A stretch of 64,000 bases of DNA from a virus. Of the stretch, positions 51,146 to 60,074 are shown piece by piece. The notes under the pieces are model-generated. The model was not told the origin of the DNA and made no database searches. It worked only from the letters and a program-made list of their open reading frames with translations. Positions within the stretch are counted from its first letter, which is position 1. Every line of letters begins with the position of its first letter. The DNA lies in IMG/VR virus record IMGVR_UViG_3300048905_000128; one strand, written 5' to 3'. The position numbers were made by a program, and so were the translations under genes.

Positions 51146-51856
51146 TCAGAGCAGAGCGGCCCGGTGAACGGGGGTCCGCGGGGCAGTCGAGGGCTTGGGG
51201 GGCGCCCCGGCGGTGACAGGCACGAACAGCCCGCCAACCGACACCCACTGCCCGGCCGGGGCGGCGGGGGCGGTGGTGGTGATCGAGCCGGACCCGACGG
51301 CCAGGTCGTAGGCGTAGACGCTGGTGTAGCCGTCGATCACATACGTGAACCCGGATGTGCTCCCCGCCGATCCGACGTTCGTGGGGACTGCGCAGCCGAC
51401 GTAGAGCCGCCCAGACCCCGCCGAGGTGAGCGTCGGGAAGTCCATGGTCGTCGCCGTGCCGGTCCCGCTGGTCGCGGTCGCGGGCGTGCCGTCGAGCGCC
51501 CACGTGGCACCGGCGATGTCGGTGTGGAACTGCGAGCCGGTCCACTGGCTGTTCACGGTGCCGATCGCGGCGGCCGGGGTGCCGACGATGGTGTCGGCTT
51601 GCCCGGCCGCCGTGACGATCCCCGCGAACCACGTCAGCCCCATGACCTCGGCGCCGCCCACGGCTTGGATGAGCCCGAGCCGCCCGAACGACCAGTTGAT
51701 GTAGGTCGAGGTGACGGATGCGAAGTAGTTCGTTGTGCTCGACGTCTGGATCACGAGGGTGACGAGGTCCCCGACGGCGCCGGTGGTGATCGCCTGGGTG
51801 GTTTTGCCGTCGGCGTTGGAGTCGACGTCCCCGCCGGATACCCGGGTTGTGGTCAC
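51146..51856 (-). CDS. minor tail protein (236 aa)
   Basis: Track ORF immediately downstream of the tape measure gene. Confidence 0.7.
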   Translation of the reverse strand: MTTTRVSGGDVDSNADGKTTQAITTGAVGDLVTLVIQTSSTTNYFASVTSTYINWSFGRLGLIQAVGGAEVMGLTWFAGIVTAAGQADTIVGTPAAAIGTVNSQWTGSQFHTDIAGATWALDGTPATATSGTGTATTMDFPTLTSAGSGRLYVGCAVPTNVGSAGSTSGFTYVIDGYTSVYAYDLAVGSGSITTTAPAAPAGQWVSVGGLFVPVTAGAPPKPSTAPRTPVHRAALL

Positions 51857-51860
51857 CGGG

Positions 51861-54800
51861 TCACCGCCCCGTGCCGAAGCCGTAGGTGGTGCCCGATCCG
51901 GTGTTCCGGATGCCGTGCTTGAGGAGCTCCTGCTGTAGCTCGGTGACGAGGTCCTTGGTGGTCCACACGTTGCCCTGCACAGTCGGTTGGACGTTGACGA
52001 CGGTGATCTGCTGGCCGGTGGGGGCGCCGGCGAGGATGCCGGGGCGTCCGGCCAGCAGGTTGGGGGTCGCCGCGAGGGCGGCCCCGTCGGACCCGATCGT
52101 CGAGGCGGTGAGCGACAGCCCGGACAGGGCGCCGCTGGTGGAACGGGTGGCGGCGATGATCTGGTTGGCGGCTGCCTGGGCTGCGGTGACGGCGAGGGGC
52201 GCTGCGGCGTCGATGCCGTTCGCGAGGCCTTGCATCAGCCACATGCCGGACTCGTGGGCGATCTTCGACGGGGAGGAGATCCCGAGGGCGGACTTCACGC
52301 CGCCCCACAGCGAGGACGCCCAGCCGGTCAGCTTGTCCCACACCCAGCCGGTCATCGAGGAGATGCCGTTCCACAGCCCGGCGAGTAGGTCGTGTCCGGC
52401 GTTGACGAGCCAGTCACCGGCGGACGCGAAGAAGTCCTTGATCTTCCCGGGCAGTTCGGACAGGAATCCGGTGAACTGCTCCCACTGGACTTTGATGCCA
52501 TTCCAGAGGCCCTGAACGACGTCCCCGCCGATGCTGTGGAAGATCGTCGACGGCGACGCGATGCCGAGCCCGCGCTTGAATCCGTCGATGAAGTTCGAGA
52601 TAAACGAAGTGATGCCATCCCAGATTGTGGAAAAGAATCCGGTGATGCCATTCCACAGGCCCTGCAGGATGTTCTTTCCGGCGTCGAGCAGCCAGCTACC
52701 TGCGTCGGAGAAGAAGTGGCCGATCTTGCTCGGCAGCGAGGTGAAGAAGTCCACCTCGATCTGCCACTGGCGCTTGCCGGACTCGATCCAGCCGTCCCAC
52801 ATCTCCTTCGCCTTGTCGGCGATCCAGTTCTTGGCGTCAGTGAAGAAGTCTTTTACTCGCTGAGGGATGGACTTGATGAAGGCGACCTCCATCTGCCAGC
52901 CCTCTTGGAACTTCTCTTTGAAGCCCTCCCACAGCGCCTTCGCCTTATCGGCAATCCAGTTCTTGGCGTCGGAAAAGAAGTCCTTGATCCGCTGAGGGAT
53001 GGATTTAATGAAGGCGACTTCCATCTGCCAGCCCTCTTGGAACTTCTGCTTGAAGCCCTCCCACAGTTCCTTCGCCTTATCGGCGATGGTGCGGGCCAGC
53101 TCGCCGAGCTTCTGACCCAAGATTTGTCCCCACTCGGCGGGGCTCTTGGACATGATCGTCTTGACCAGGTCGACCCCGGCCCGGAAGGGGGCGAGGAGGA
53201 AGTCACCGACCTTCGACAGGGCGGTCTTGACCGCGTCACCCGCAGCCGACAGCGCCGCCCCGATCTTCTCCGGAATGGATTTCACGAAACCGACGAGGTC
53301 GGAGATCCGGTCGCCGCACCAGTTGACGGCTGTGGTGAAAGCGGATTTGACCTTGTCCCACAGCCCGGAGAAGAAGTCGGCGACCCCCTGCCAGTGCTGC
53401 ACCAGCTCGTAGATGCCGTAGGCGAGCAGGGCGACCGCGGCGATGATCGCGAGGATCGGCCAGGTCGCGGCGATCACGCCGACCGCCGCCGTCGCGGCCG
53501 CGATGCCGAGGGCGACGAACGCGGCCACCAGGACCACGCCGATCACGACGGCCGCGATGGTGGCGACCGTCGAGTGCTGTGTGAGCCAGGTCGTCGCGGT
53601 CGAGAAGGCGCCGATGATCCCGGACACGACCGGGAGCAGCTTCTCCCCGATCTGGATCGCCAGGGCGCCGAGAGAGTCCTTCGCCTGACTCAGCTTGGTG
53701 TTGAACTCGTTCTGGATGTCGGCCCAGCCGCGGACGTGACCGCCCGCCTCGGTGGTTGCGCCCGAAACGTTCTTGATCGCCTGGTTGGTGTAGTCGGCGT
53801 TCTCGCCGGTCGTCATCAGGGCGACCTTGAGCCCGGTCGCATCGCCCATGACCTTCGTCATCGCGCCGCCGTAGGTCTGCAGCGCGGTCGCACCGTCCAT
53901 GTTCGTGGTGCCGAGCTGGTGGGTCTGACCGGCCAGGGTCGCGAACGACTGCGCCTGCTTCGCCGAGATGGGGTCGAGGGCCTTCGCCTGCTTGGTGAAG
54001 GCGGCGAGGCTGATCGACCCGTCCTCGAGTTTCGCCGCGAGCTGCTGAACGGCCGGGGTGCTGTTCTGCACCGCCGTCTTGAGCTGGGCGACGACCTGGT
54101 CCGTGCCGGGCGGCATCGCCTTCGACACGGCCTGCTGCAGGTACTGCATGGTTCCGGAGAGCCCGCGCTGCCCGAGCTTCGCTGAGACGTCGTCGGCGCT
54201 GATCCCGAGGAGCGCCATCTCCTGACGCTGGGTCGCGGTCGGGGCCTGCAGATGCCGGATGGCGTCCGCCATGTTCTGCGTCGCCTGGTCGGCCGAGATG
54301 CCGTGCGACGTCATCGAGGCGAGCGTGCCCAGCATGTCGTCGAGGGAGATGTTCGCCGCCGACGCGAGCGGGGCGACCGACGAGAGCGCGCCCGACAGCT
54401 CCTCGAAGGACATCTTGCCGGACGCGGTGGCCGCGACGAACTTGCTGGTCACGGTGGCCGCATCGTCGGCCTTGAGGTGGTAGTCGATCAGCGCGGTGGT
54501 GACCGCGTCCGAGACTGTCGTCAGGTCGGCGTTCTCGGCCTTCGCACCCTCGGCGGCGGCCTGCAGCACCTTGAGCCCATCGGCGCCGTGCTGCCCGCCG
54601 GACTCGATCTTGTACATGGCCTTGGCGAGGTCGTCGGCGCTGTACCCGACCTGACCGGCCATCTTGAGGATGCCGTCGCGAACCATGTCGAGGTTGCCCT
54701 CGGTCTCGTTCGCCGAGGTCACAAGGCGGGTGGTCGCCATGTCGAAGTCGCCGGCCATCTTCACCGTGACCCCGGCGACGATCCCGGCCGCTGCACCGAG

Positions 54801-55355
54801 CCCCATCAGCTGACCGGAGGTGAGGCCGACCATCCCGGCCGTGTCGGACAGCGTGGTCTTGAAGGTGTTAGCTGCTGTCGCGACGGTTCCCATCTCGATC
54901 GCCGAGCCGGACCACTTGGCGGCGGCGAGCTCGTTCGCAGCGACCAGCCGAGTCTCGGCCGCCTCCATCTCGGCGACGTCAGACAGCACTTTGTCCCGCA
55001 TGACGGACATCGCCGCGGCGCTGTCCCCGGCCGCCTTCTCGTAGCCGAGGGCGAGCTCCTGGGCGGACTTGGCGAGCATCGAGTTCGCGTCGATCAGCTC
55101 GCCGTCGATGGTGAACATGCGCCCGGTGGCGTCGATGTAGACCCCGACGGCGGCCAGCACCGCGGCCTGGACTTCCTCGGACATCGACACGGACGCCGCC
55201 GCGACGGTCTCGAACCCGCCCGCGGCCTCCGCGGAGGCCGCGGTGAGCGCGGCCGTCATCTCCTCGCCCGCGGCGGCGGCCTCGCCGAATCCTGCGGTGA
55301 GGGGGGCGGTCTCGGCGCGGAGGGAGACGTAGAGGTCTGCGACGGCGTCCGACAC
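51861..55355 (-). CDS. tape measure protein
   Basis: More than 1160 aa and helical, with a central transmembrane-like Ala/Ile/Val stretch and internal 44-aa repeats. It lies downstream of the G/GT chaperones. GAAGGGGG SD before GTG 55355; the alternative start is 55391. Confidence 0.9.
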   Translation of the reverse strand: MSDAVADLYVSLRAETAPLTAGFGEAAAAGEEMTAALTAASAEAAGGFETVAAASVSMSEEVQAAVLAAVGVYIDATGRMFTIDGELIDANSMLAKSAQELALGYEKAAGDSAAAMSVMRDKVLSDVAEMEAAETRLVAANELAAAKWSGSAIEMGTVATAANTFKTTLSDTAGMVGLTSGQLMGLGAAAGIVAGVTVKMAGDFDMATTRLVTSANETEGNLDMVRDGILKMAGQVGYSADDLAKAMYKIESGGQHGADGLKVLQAAAEGAKAENADLTTVSDAVTTALIDYHLKADDAATVTSKFVAATASGKMSFEELSGALSSVAPLASAANISLDDMLGTLASMTSHGISADQATQNMADAIRHLQAPTATQRQEMALLGISADDVSAKLGQRGLSGTMQYLQQAVSKAMPPGTDQVVAQLKTAVQNSTPAVQQLAAKLEDGSISLAAFTKQAKALDPISAKQAQSFATLAGQTHQLGTTNMDGATALQTYGGAMTKVMGDATGLKVALMTTGENADYTNQAIKNVSGATTEAGGHVRGWADIQNEFNTKLSQAKDSLGALAIQIGEKLLPVVSGIIGAFSTATTWLTQHSTVATIAAVVIGVVLVAAFVALGIAAATAAVGVIAATWPILAIIAAVALLAYGIYELVQHWQGVADFFSGLWDKVKSAFTTAVNWCGDRISDLVGFVKSIPEKIGAALSAAGDAVKTALSKVGDFLLAPFRAGVDLVKTIMSKSPAEWGQILGQKLGELARTIADKAKELWEGFKQKFQEGWQMEVAFIKSIPQRIKDFFSDAKNWIADKAKALWEGFKEKFQEGWQMEVAFIKSIPQRVKDFFTDAKNWIADKAKEMWDGWIESGKRQWQIEVDFFTSLPSKIGHFFSDAGSWLLDAGKNILQGLWNGITGFFSTIWDGITSFISNFIDGFKRGLGIASPSTIFHSIGGDVVQGLWNGIKVQWEQFTGFLSELPGKIKDFFASAGDWLVNAGHDLLAGLWNGISSMTGWVWDKLTGWASSLWGGVKSALGISSPSKIAHESGMWLMQGLANGIDAAAPLAVTAAQAAANQIIAATRSTSGALSGLSLTASTIGSDGAALAATPNLLAGRPGILAGAPTGQQITVVNVQPTVQGNVWTTKDLVTELQQELLKHGIRNTGSGTTYGFGTGR
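52690..53090 (-). repeat. three tandem 132-bp (44-aa) repeats inside the tape measure gene
   Basis: ADKAKELWEGFKQKFQEGWQMEVAFIKSIPQRIKDFFSDAKNWI occurs twice, nearly identical, plus one diverged copy. The anchor CGCCTT(A/G)TCGGC lies at 52809, 52941 and 53073. Confidence 0.8.
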
Positions 55356-55394
55356 CGGGCCCCCTTCGGTTCGGTGAGACAGGGGGCGCACAGC

Positions 55395-55868
55395 TCAGGC
55401 CAGGGTCATGCCCCAGGACTGGCCGTAGATTTCGCGGAAGATCACATAGACGGACACGGTGACGACCATGTGGAAGGCGGGCGCGAGGAACGGGTAGCGG
55501 ACCCTCGATCGCCCGGCGCCCTCGACTTCGAGGTAGCGGCCGTACTTGTTCGCCGGTGTCCGACGGCTGTAGGTGGGGTAGAGCCCGGTGGCGGTGCCGA
55601 CGAGCACCTCCCACCCGGTGGCGGTGCGGTGCACGTCGGAGTGGGTGATCGAACGGACCAGCGTCCCGGAGATTCGGGCGGGTCCGCTGCCCGGCCAGGC
55701 GGGGGTGGGGGTGCCGTAGCGGTGCTGACCGGTCGAGGCGTTGATCTTCGCCTGGCGTTCGACGGCCAGTGCGACGGGCGCGAGCGCGACCCGGCCCCGC
55801 ACCTCACCCTCCGCGGCCAGGCGGGTGAACAGCGCGGTCAGCACGCCCGGTAGGAGCTCCTCAGCCAC
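55395..55868 (-). CDS. HK97 gp10-family-like head-tail/tail completion protein (157 aa)
   Basis: GGGAGG SD before GTG 55868. ISGTLVRSITHS...VLVGT...YGRYLEVEGAGRSRVRYPFLAPAF resembles the HK97 gp10 family. Confidence 0.65.
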   Translation of the reverse strand: MAEELLPGVLTALFTRLAAEGEVRGRVALAPVALAVERQAKINASTGQHRYGTPTPAWPGSGPARISGTLVRSITHSDVHRTATGWEVLVGTATGLYPTYSRRTPANKYGRYLEVEGAGRSRVRYPFLAPAFHMVVTVSVYVIFREIYGQSWGMTLA

Positions 55869-56651
55869 CGGCCTCCCGTCTCGCCCGGTCGTGGGCTTCC
55901 TTCTCCGCGGTGCGGCGGGCCTGGATGAAGTCCCAGCAGTACCGGCGCACATAGGTGGGGGTGGACTGCAGGTCGTCCCACGTCCAGCGCATCTCGTGCA
56001 TCAGCTCGAAGTCCCGCCACTCGCTGGGGGGCGGCCCGGACGCCCACGTGCCGTCATAGATCGCCTCGACGGGGAGCAGGACGTCCTCGAAGTACTCCGA
56101 CCCGGGCTCTACTGAGGGTTTGCGGCCGCCTTGAGCTCCTCGGAGATCCGCGTGATGATCTGCATCGGCAGGCGGCGGACGAGGTCGACGGTGGCCGGGG
56201 TCGAGTGGCTGATCTTCGGCAGTTGCGGCTGGTCGAGTGGGGCCCCGGTGTCGGGGTCGACCGCTGCCGCGGTGGCGTCGTACACGCGCCAGGCGACGAG
56301 CAGGCCCGCGATGATCTCGTACATGGCGACCACGGCCTGGTCGTCGTCGAGGGGCCGCCCGTTCTCGTCGGTGGGGATCTCCCGGGGGCGCAGCTTGTCC
56401 GGGGGCTGCTGGCGCGGGTTGAGGATCGCCACCCACACCTGGTCGCCTTCCTCGGCGAGCTCGGGGAAGGGGATCGTGATGGTGCGGTTCGCGTAGCCGG
56501 CCACGGGGGGCTCCTTGAGCAGAGAGAGGACGTCGCGGGTCACCGACGCCAAGCAGGCGCCGGTGACCATCGCGACGAGGACTTGAGAGGGCACGCCGAT
56601 CAGCGCGGGGGCGACGAGCGCCAGGCCGACGAGCGCGAGGAAATAGCCCAC
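55861..56651 (-). CDS. tail assembly chaperone G-T fusion via -1 programmed frameshift
   Basis: The -1 frame is open from the slip site and encodes PSVEPGSEYFEDVLLPVEAIYDGTWASGPPPSEWRDFELMHEMRWTWDDLQ... through to 55861. Confidence 0.6.
56109..56651 (-). CDS. tail assembly chaperone (G-like); N-terminal start uncertain
   Basis: Lies between the major tail and tape measure genes. It ends ...ISEELKAAANPQ with the slippery heptamer 2 codons before the stop. Confidence 0.7.
   Translation of the reverse strand: MGYFLALVGLALVAPALIGVPSQVLVAMVTGACLASVTRDVLSLLKEPPVAGYANRTITIPFPELAEEGDQVWVAILNPRQQPPDKLRPREIPTDENGRPLDDDQAVVAMYEIIAGLLVAWRVYDATAAAVDPDTGAPLDQPQLPKISHSTPATVDLVRRLPMQIITRISEELKAAANPQ
56115..56121 (-). 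other. slippery heptamer A_AAC_CCT (X_XXY_YYZ in the zero frame)
   Basis: The minus strand reads gcA AAC CCT cag tag. Confidence 0.55.
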
Positions 56652-56652
56652 C

Positions 56653-57801
56653 TCAGTAGGCGGTGGAAGTGAAGTTCTTGATCGTCGCTGCGACGGCGCC
56701 GCCGTCGGTGGCGTTGTAGATCCCGGAGAGCGCGAACGACGCCTGGACGTAGTCGCCGCCCATGTCTCGCTTCCCGGAGTGCCAGCCCGACTTCGACATC
56801 GTCAACCCGAGGTAGGCGCCCCCGTTGGCGAGCGGCTGCACGAGCACCGCGGTGGCGGGCTGCTGCAGGTACTGCAGGTACAGATTCAGGTCGGTGTTGT
56901 TCTCGAAGATCGCCTTGTATGAGCCGTCAGCCTCGAGCGCGCCCTGGAAGATCTCGCGGGGCCCCTGGGTGCCGTCGGAGGAGTGGATGACGTCGACGGC
57001 CCGCTTCACGGTCAGGTCGTAGGACAGGCCGCGGTCGGACGAGGCGCCCGCGTTGGTCATCTGCCACTGCCAGCCGAGGTTCGGGGCGAGCTGTGTGAAC
57101 GTCGGGGTCATGGCCGACTGGGGGACCCCGGCGAAGCAGGAGGCCTTGAGCGCGAGGGTGACGGCCGCCTTCGGGTCGATCTTGATCTGCATCTCGGAGA
57201 ACACGACGTCGCTGTAGCCGAGGGTCTGCACGGTGTCGTACACGGTCAGCGAGTAGGTGGCCTTCGGCGCCGTCACGTCCTGCTTGAAGCTGTGGACGGA
57301 CTGGGCGACGACCGGGTCCCCGGAGGAGTGGGCCAGGGCCAGCCCCGCAGACCCCGTGTCGGCGCTCGTGACCGTCAGCGTGGTCCCGGCCGCGTTGGTG
57401 ACCTTCGCGTACTCGGTGGTGTTGCCCGAGCCGATCCGGATCACCGAGCCCGTCGCGATGGTGCTTGCGACGGTGATCGTGGTCGCACCCTGCGCCGACG
57501 CAGCGGACAGGGTCGTCGACGTCCCGGCCGTGACGGTGTCGGGGCCGACCACGCCGCGGAGGAAGTGCCCGATGAGGTCGGGGTAGGCCATCAGGTCGAT
57601 CGTCCAGTCGGCCTGAATGTTCCCGGCGTACATGCCCTGCAGCATGGTGTCGTTCGCCCGGATCGAGTTGTCCTTGATCTCGGTGATCTTGTCTTCGAAG
57701 TCGGCCTTCGAGAACGGGATGTAGGTGGTCGGCACGGTGTAGGTGCCGGGCGCCGACTCCTTCGCGAGTCCGAGGATCGCGGAGCGCGAGAGCTGCGTCA
57801 T
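56653..57801 (-). CDS. major tail protein (382 aa)
   Basis: AGGAGG SD. Its position upstream of the chaperones and its size and composition are typical of siphovirus tube proteins. Confidence 0.8.
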   Translation of the reverse strand: MTQLSRSAILGLAKESAPGTYTVPTTYIPFSKADFEDKITEIKDNSIRANDTMLQGMYAGNIQADWTIDLMAYPDLIGHFLRGVVGPDTVTAGTSTTLSAASAQGATTITVASTIATGSVIRIGSGNTTEYAKVTNAAGTTLTVTSADTGSAGLALAHSSGDPVVAQSVHSFKQDVTAPKATYSLTVYDTVQTLGYSDVVFSEMQIKIDPKAAVTLALKASCFAGVPQSAMTPTFTQLAPNLGWQWQMTNAGASSDRGLSYDLTVKRAVDVIHSSDGTQGPREIFQGALEADGSYKAIFENNTDLNLYLQYLQQPATAVLVQPLANGGAYLGLTMSKSGWHSGKRDMGGDYVQASFALSGIYNATDGGAVAATIKNFTSTAY

Positions 57802-57802
57802 G

Positions 57803-58045
57803 TCAGGCCTCCTGGGCGGGCACCGTCACGGCGCCCGGGGTCGCGGTGGTGGTCGGCGCGACGGGGGAGGGGGGCGTCGACGGGGTGGGGGGTGGGGACG
57901 GCGGGGCCGGGTCCTCGGGCTGGTCGACGGGCTCGAACCCGGCGAGCAGCTTGTCGAAGTCGATGTCGCCGTCCGGCGGGACCTCGACGGGCGGGTGCAG
58001 GGTCGGGAGGACAAGGGTGTAGCCGGTGACGTTGCGCTGCTGCAC
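57803..58045 (-). CDS. hypothetical Pro-rich protein (80 aa)
   Basis: GAAGGAG SD 4 nt before GTG 58045. Confidence 0.55.
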   Translation of the reverse strand: MQQRNVTGYTLVLPTLHPPVEVPPDGDIDFDKLLAGFEPVDQPEDPAPPSPPPTPSTPPSPVAPTTTATPGAVTVPAQEA

Positions 58046-58060
58046 GACGCTCCTTCGAGG

Positions 58061-58567
58061 TCAGGCGGTGTACTCGCGGCCGTCCGCGTCCCACAGGACT
58101 TCGCACCGCAGACAGGCGGGCGAGGCGGCGGCCGTCTGCTCCGGGTCCGAGTAGTGGACGGTGATCCGGCCAGGGCCGGGGGCCTCGGCGACGGACAGGA
58201 ACGCGCCCCCGTGGGTGTGATCGGCCCAGGACGCTTCGATCCGTTCGATCAGCAGGTCGAGGGCGTCATCGAGGGCCCGCTGCTCGTCCTCCCACAGCCC
58301 GGTCGATGTCGTGGTCGACCCGATCGGCCACCAGCACTTCGCCCTGAACTGCATCGAAGGGCGGCGGCGCTGTGTGGCGACCCGCGCGGTGGCGCGCTGC
58401 GGAGCCAGCAGGTAGATCCCCGTCGACCGGGTCTGCAGGGTGCGCGGCCAGTACGCCTGCACGACCTGCCACGGCCCCCCGTCGGCTTCGAGGAGCGACG
58501 GGAGACCGTCACCGGACCTCTTCAGCCAGGCGACTTCGGCATCCACGCGGCGGCCATCCTGGGGCAC
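58061..58567 (-). CDS. head-tail joining/tail terminator-like protein (168 aa)
   Basis: GAGGAGGAGG SD 6 nt before GTG 58567. The function is inferred from position only. Confidence 0.6.
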   Translation of the reverse strand: MPQDGRRVDAEVAWLKRSGDGLPSLLEADGGPWQVVQAYWPRTLQTRSTGIYLLAPQRATARVATQRRRPSMQFRAKCWWPIGSTTTSTGLWEDEQRALDDALDLLIERIEASWADHTHGGAFLSVAEAPGPGRITVHYSDPEQTAAASPACLRCEVLWDADGREYTA

Positions 58568-58570
58568 CGC

Positions 58571-59095
58571 TCACCTCCTCCTCGGGCGGACCCGGTGGTT
58601 ACGGTGCGGGCGGCGCCGCTTGAGGTGAGACCGTCCGGGCCGCCGCACACGGCTGTGGAGGAGCCCGCGGCTGGTGTGGTGGGTGCCGGTGCCCGCGGAG
58701 ATCAGCCCGTGCGCCGGGCGTGGCTTCCGGCGGCCCCGCTGTGGGGCGCTGACGGCCCGCGACGACGCGATGCCGGTCCGTCCGAGCTTGGCGCGCTGGG
58801 CAGCCCTCCGGGCCGTCCTTGCCGGTGTGGTGCCGACCGCGTGCCCGGCGGGGCGGGCCTTCTTCGGCGGCTTCGGCTTCGCCGGATGACGGGCCTTGAG
58901 CGACGCGCTGATCTTCGCCCTGGTCGCCGCCGAGATGGCGTGACCGGCGTGGGGGTGCTTCTTCCCCCTCAGCGCCGCACTGATCTTCGCCCTGGTGGCC
59001 GAGGAGACTGCGTGCCCGGCGTGGGGGTGCTTCTTCCCTTTGAGCGACGCGCTGATCTTCGCCCGGGTGGCTGCCGAGACGGCGTGACCGGCCAC
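58571..59095 (-). CDS. NUMOD3-repeat DNA-binding-like protein (174 aa)
   Basis: Three 23-aa units GHAVSxATRAKISAxLxGKKHPHA match the NUMOD3 signature (H-S-x-E-T-K-x-K-I-S...GK). The basic C-terminal half has high GC3. Confidence 0.55.
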   Translation of the reverse strand: MAGHAVSAATRAKISASLKGKKHPHAGHAVSSATRAKISAALRGKKHPHAGHAISAATRAKISASLKARHPAKPKPPKKARPAGHAVGTTPARTARRAAQRAKLGRTGIASSRAVSAPQRGRRKPRPAHGLISAGTGTHHTSRGLLHSRVRRPGRSHLKRRRPHRNHRVRPRRR

Positions 59096-59096
59096 G

Positions 59097-59771
59097 TCAG
59101 GCCGACCGCCCGTAGGGGAGCAGCCACGCCCCGGCGAGCTCCTCGAGGTTTCCGGCGTCGTGGGCCGTCTCCGGGCCGTGGATCGGGTCGAGCTCGCGGA
59201 CGCAGATCGCGGCCGCCATGTACTTGCACGCCCGCCGCAGGTCCGCGGGGACGGTGGAGTAGCCGCCCGAGTACGTCACCCGCAGCATCGAGGCGAGCGG
59301 GATGAACTCGCCGATCGCGAACCACACGTGTCCGGAGTCCGGCTCCGGACCCGACAGCACCCGCACCGACTGTGTGCCGCCGATCGAGCGGGTCACCTGC
59401 ACCGTGATGTCGGGCCCGTACTCCCACATCTCCGGGAACATGGGCGCGTACTCGTTGAGCCACACGTGCCGCACCATCGAACCGGCGTTGCCGAGGCTCG
59501 CCGCGTAGGACTGCGACAGGCTGGCCGTCTGGTCGAGCGGGATCCCACCCATGACGGCGTCGTACTCGTCGGGGTCGATCCCGCCCGCACGGTGGGATTC
59601 GGTGAGCGTGAACGGGGCCAGCCTGCGGTGTGTCTCGGTTTCGCAGGCCCGGGTGGCCTCGACGACGATCTGTTCGAGCGCGTCCGGCGGGAACGACTTC
59701 ACCAGGTCCGCGAAGGCGCCCTGCTGCAGCTCCGGGACGGTGCACAGCGGGACCGGGTTGTCGACGGCCAC
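59097..59771 (-). CDS. head-tail connector/adaptor-like protein (224 aa)
   Basis: Track ORF; function inferred from its position downstream of the capsid gene. Confidence 0.65.
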   Translation of the reverse strand: MAVDNPVPLCTVPELQQGAFADLVKSFPPDALEQIVVEATRACETETHRRLAPFTLTESHRAGGIDPDEYDAVMGGIPLDQTASLSQSYAASLGNAGSMVRHVWLNEYAPMFPEMWEYGPDITVQVTRSIGGTQSVRVLSGPEPDSGHVWFAIGEFIPLASMLRVTYSGGYSTVPADLRRACKYMAAAICVRELDPIHGPETAHDAGNLEELAGAWLLPYGRSA

Positions 59772-59774
59772 CGC

Positions 59775-60002
59775 TCAGGCCTTCGAGGCCGCGGCCCGAC
59801 GCTTCGCCGCGGGCTTCGCCGCGGCCTGCCCGGGGTCGTCGGTGCTGACGTCGATGCCCTCGGCGATGCTGAACCCGCCGTCGGGGATGGTGAGGAGCTC
59901 GGCGGCGTGGTAGTCGTCGACGGGCACGATCGCGCCGTCCTCGGGCCACACGTAGCCGGTGCTCGCGGACCCGGCGCGGGCCTTCCGGATGTGGACCGCC
60001 AC
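59775..60002 (-). CDS. hypothetical protein (75 aa)
   Basis: GGAAAGGGGG SD 5 nt before GTG 60002. Confidence 0.55.
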   Translation of the reverse strand: MAVHIRKARAGSASTGYVWPEDGAIVPVDDYHAAELLTIPDGGFSIAEGIDVSTDDPGQAAAKPAAKRRAAASKA

Positions 60003-60031
60003 GGCGGCCCCCTTTCCTGGGTCAGGACCAC

Positions 60032-60068
60032 GACGGCGGGCCCACCCGTGGGGGGTGGGCCCGCCGTC
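60032..60068 (-). terminator. 16-bp-stem hairpin immediately after the major capsid gene
   Basis: GACGGCGGGCCCACCC pairs with GGGTGGGCCCGCCGTC. Confidence 0.6.
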
Positions 60069-60074
60069 TGCGGG

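Noticed and set aside
51886-55853. Plus-strand ORFs (209, 597 and 533 aa) across the tape measure region.
   Set aside because: They are antisense shadows of the tape measure and gp10-like genes, and their products are repetitive and Gly/Arg/Asp-rich.
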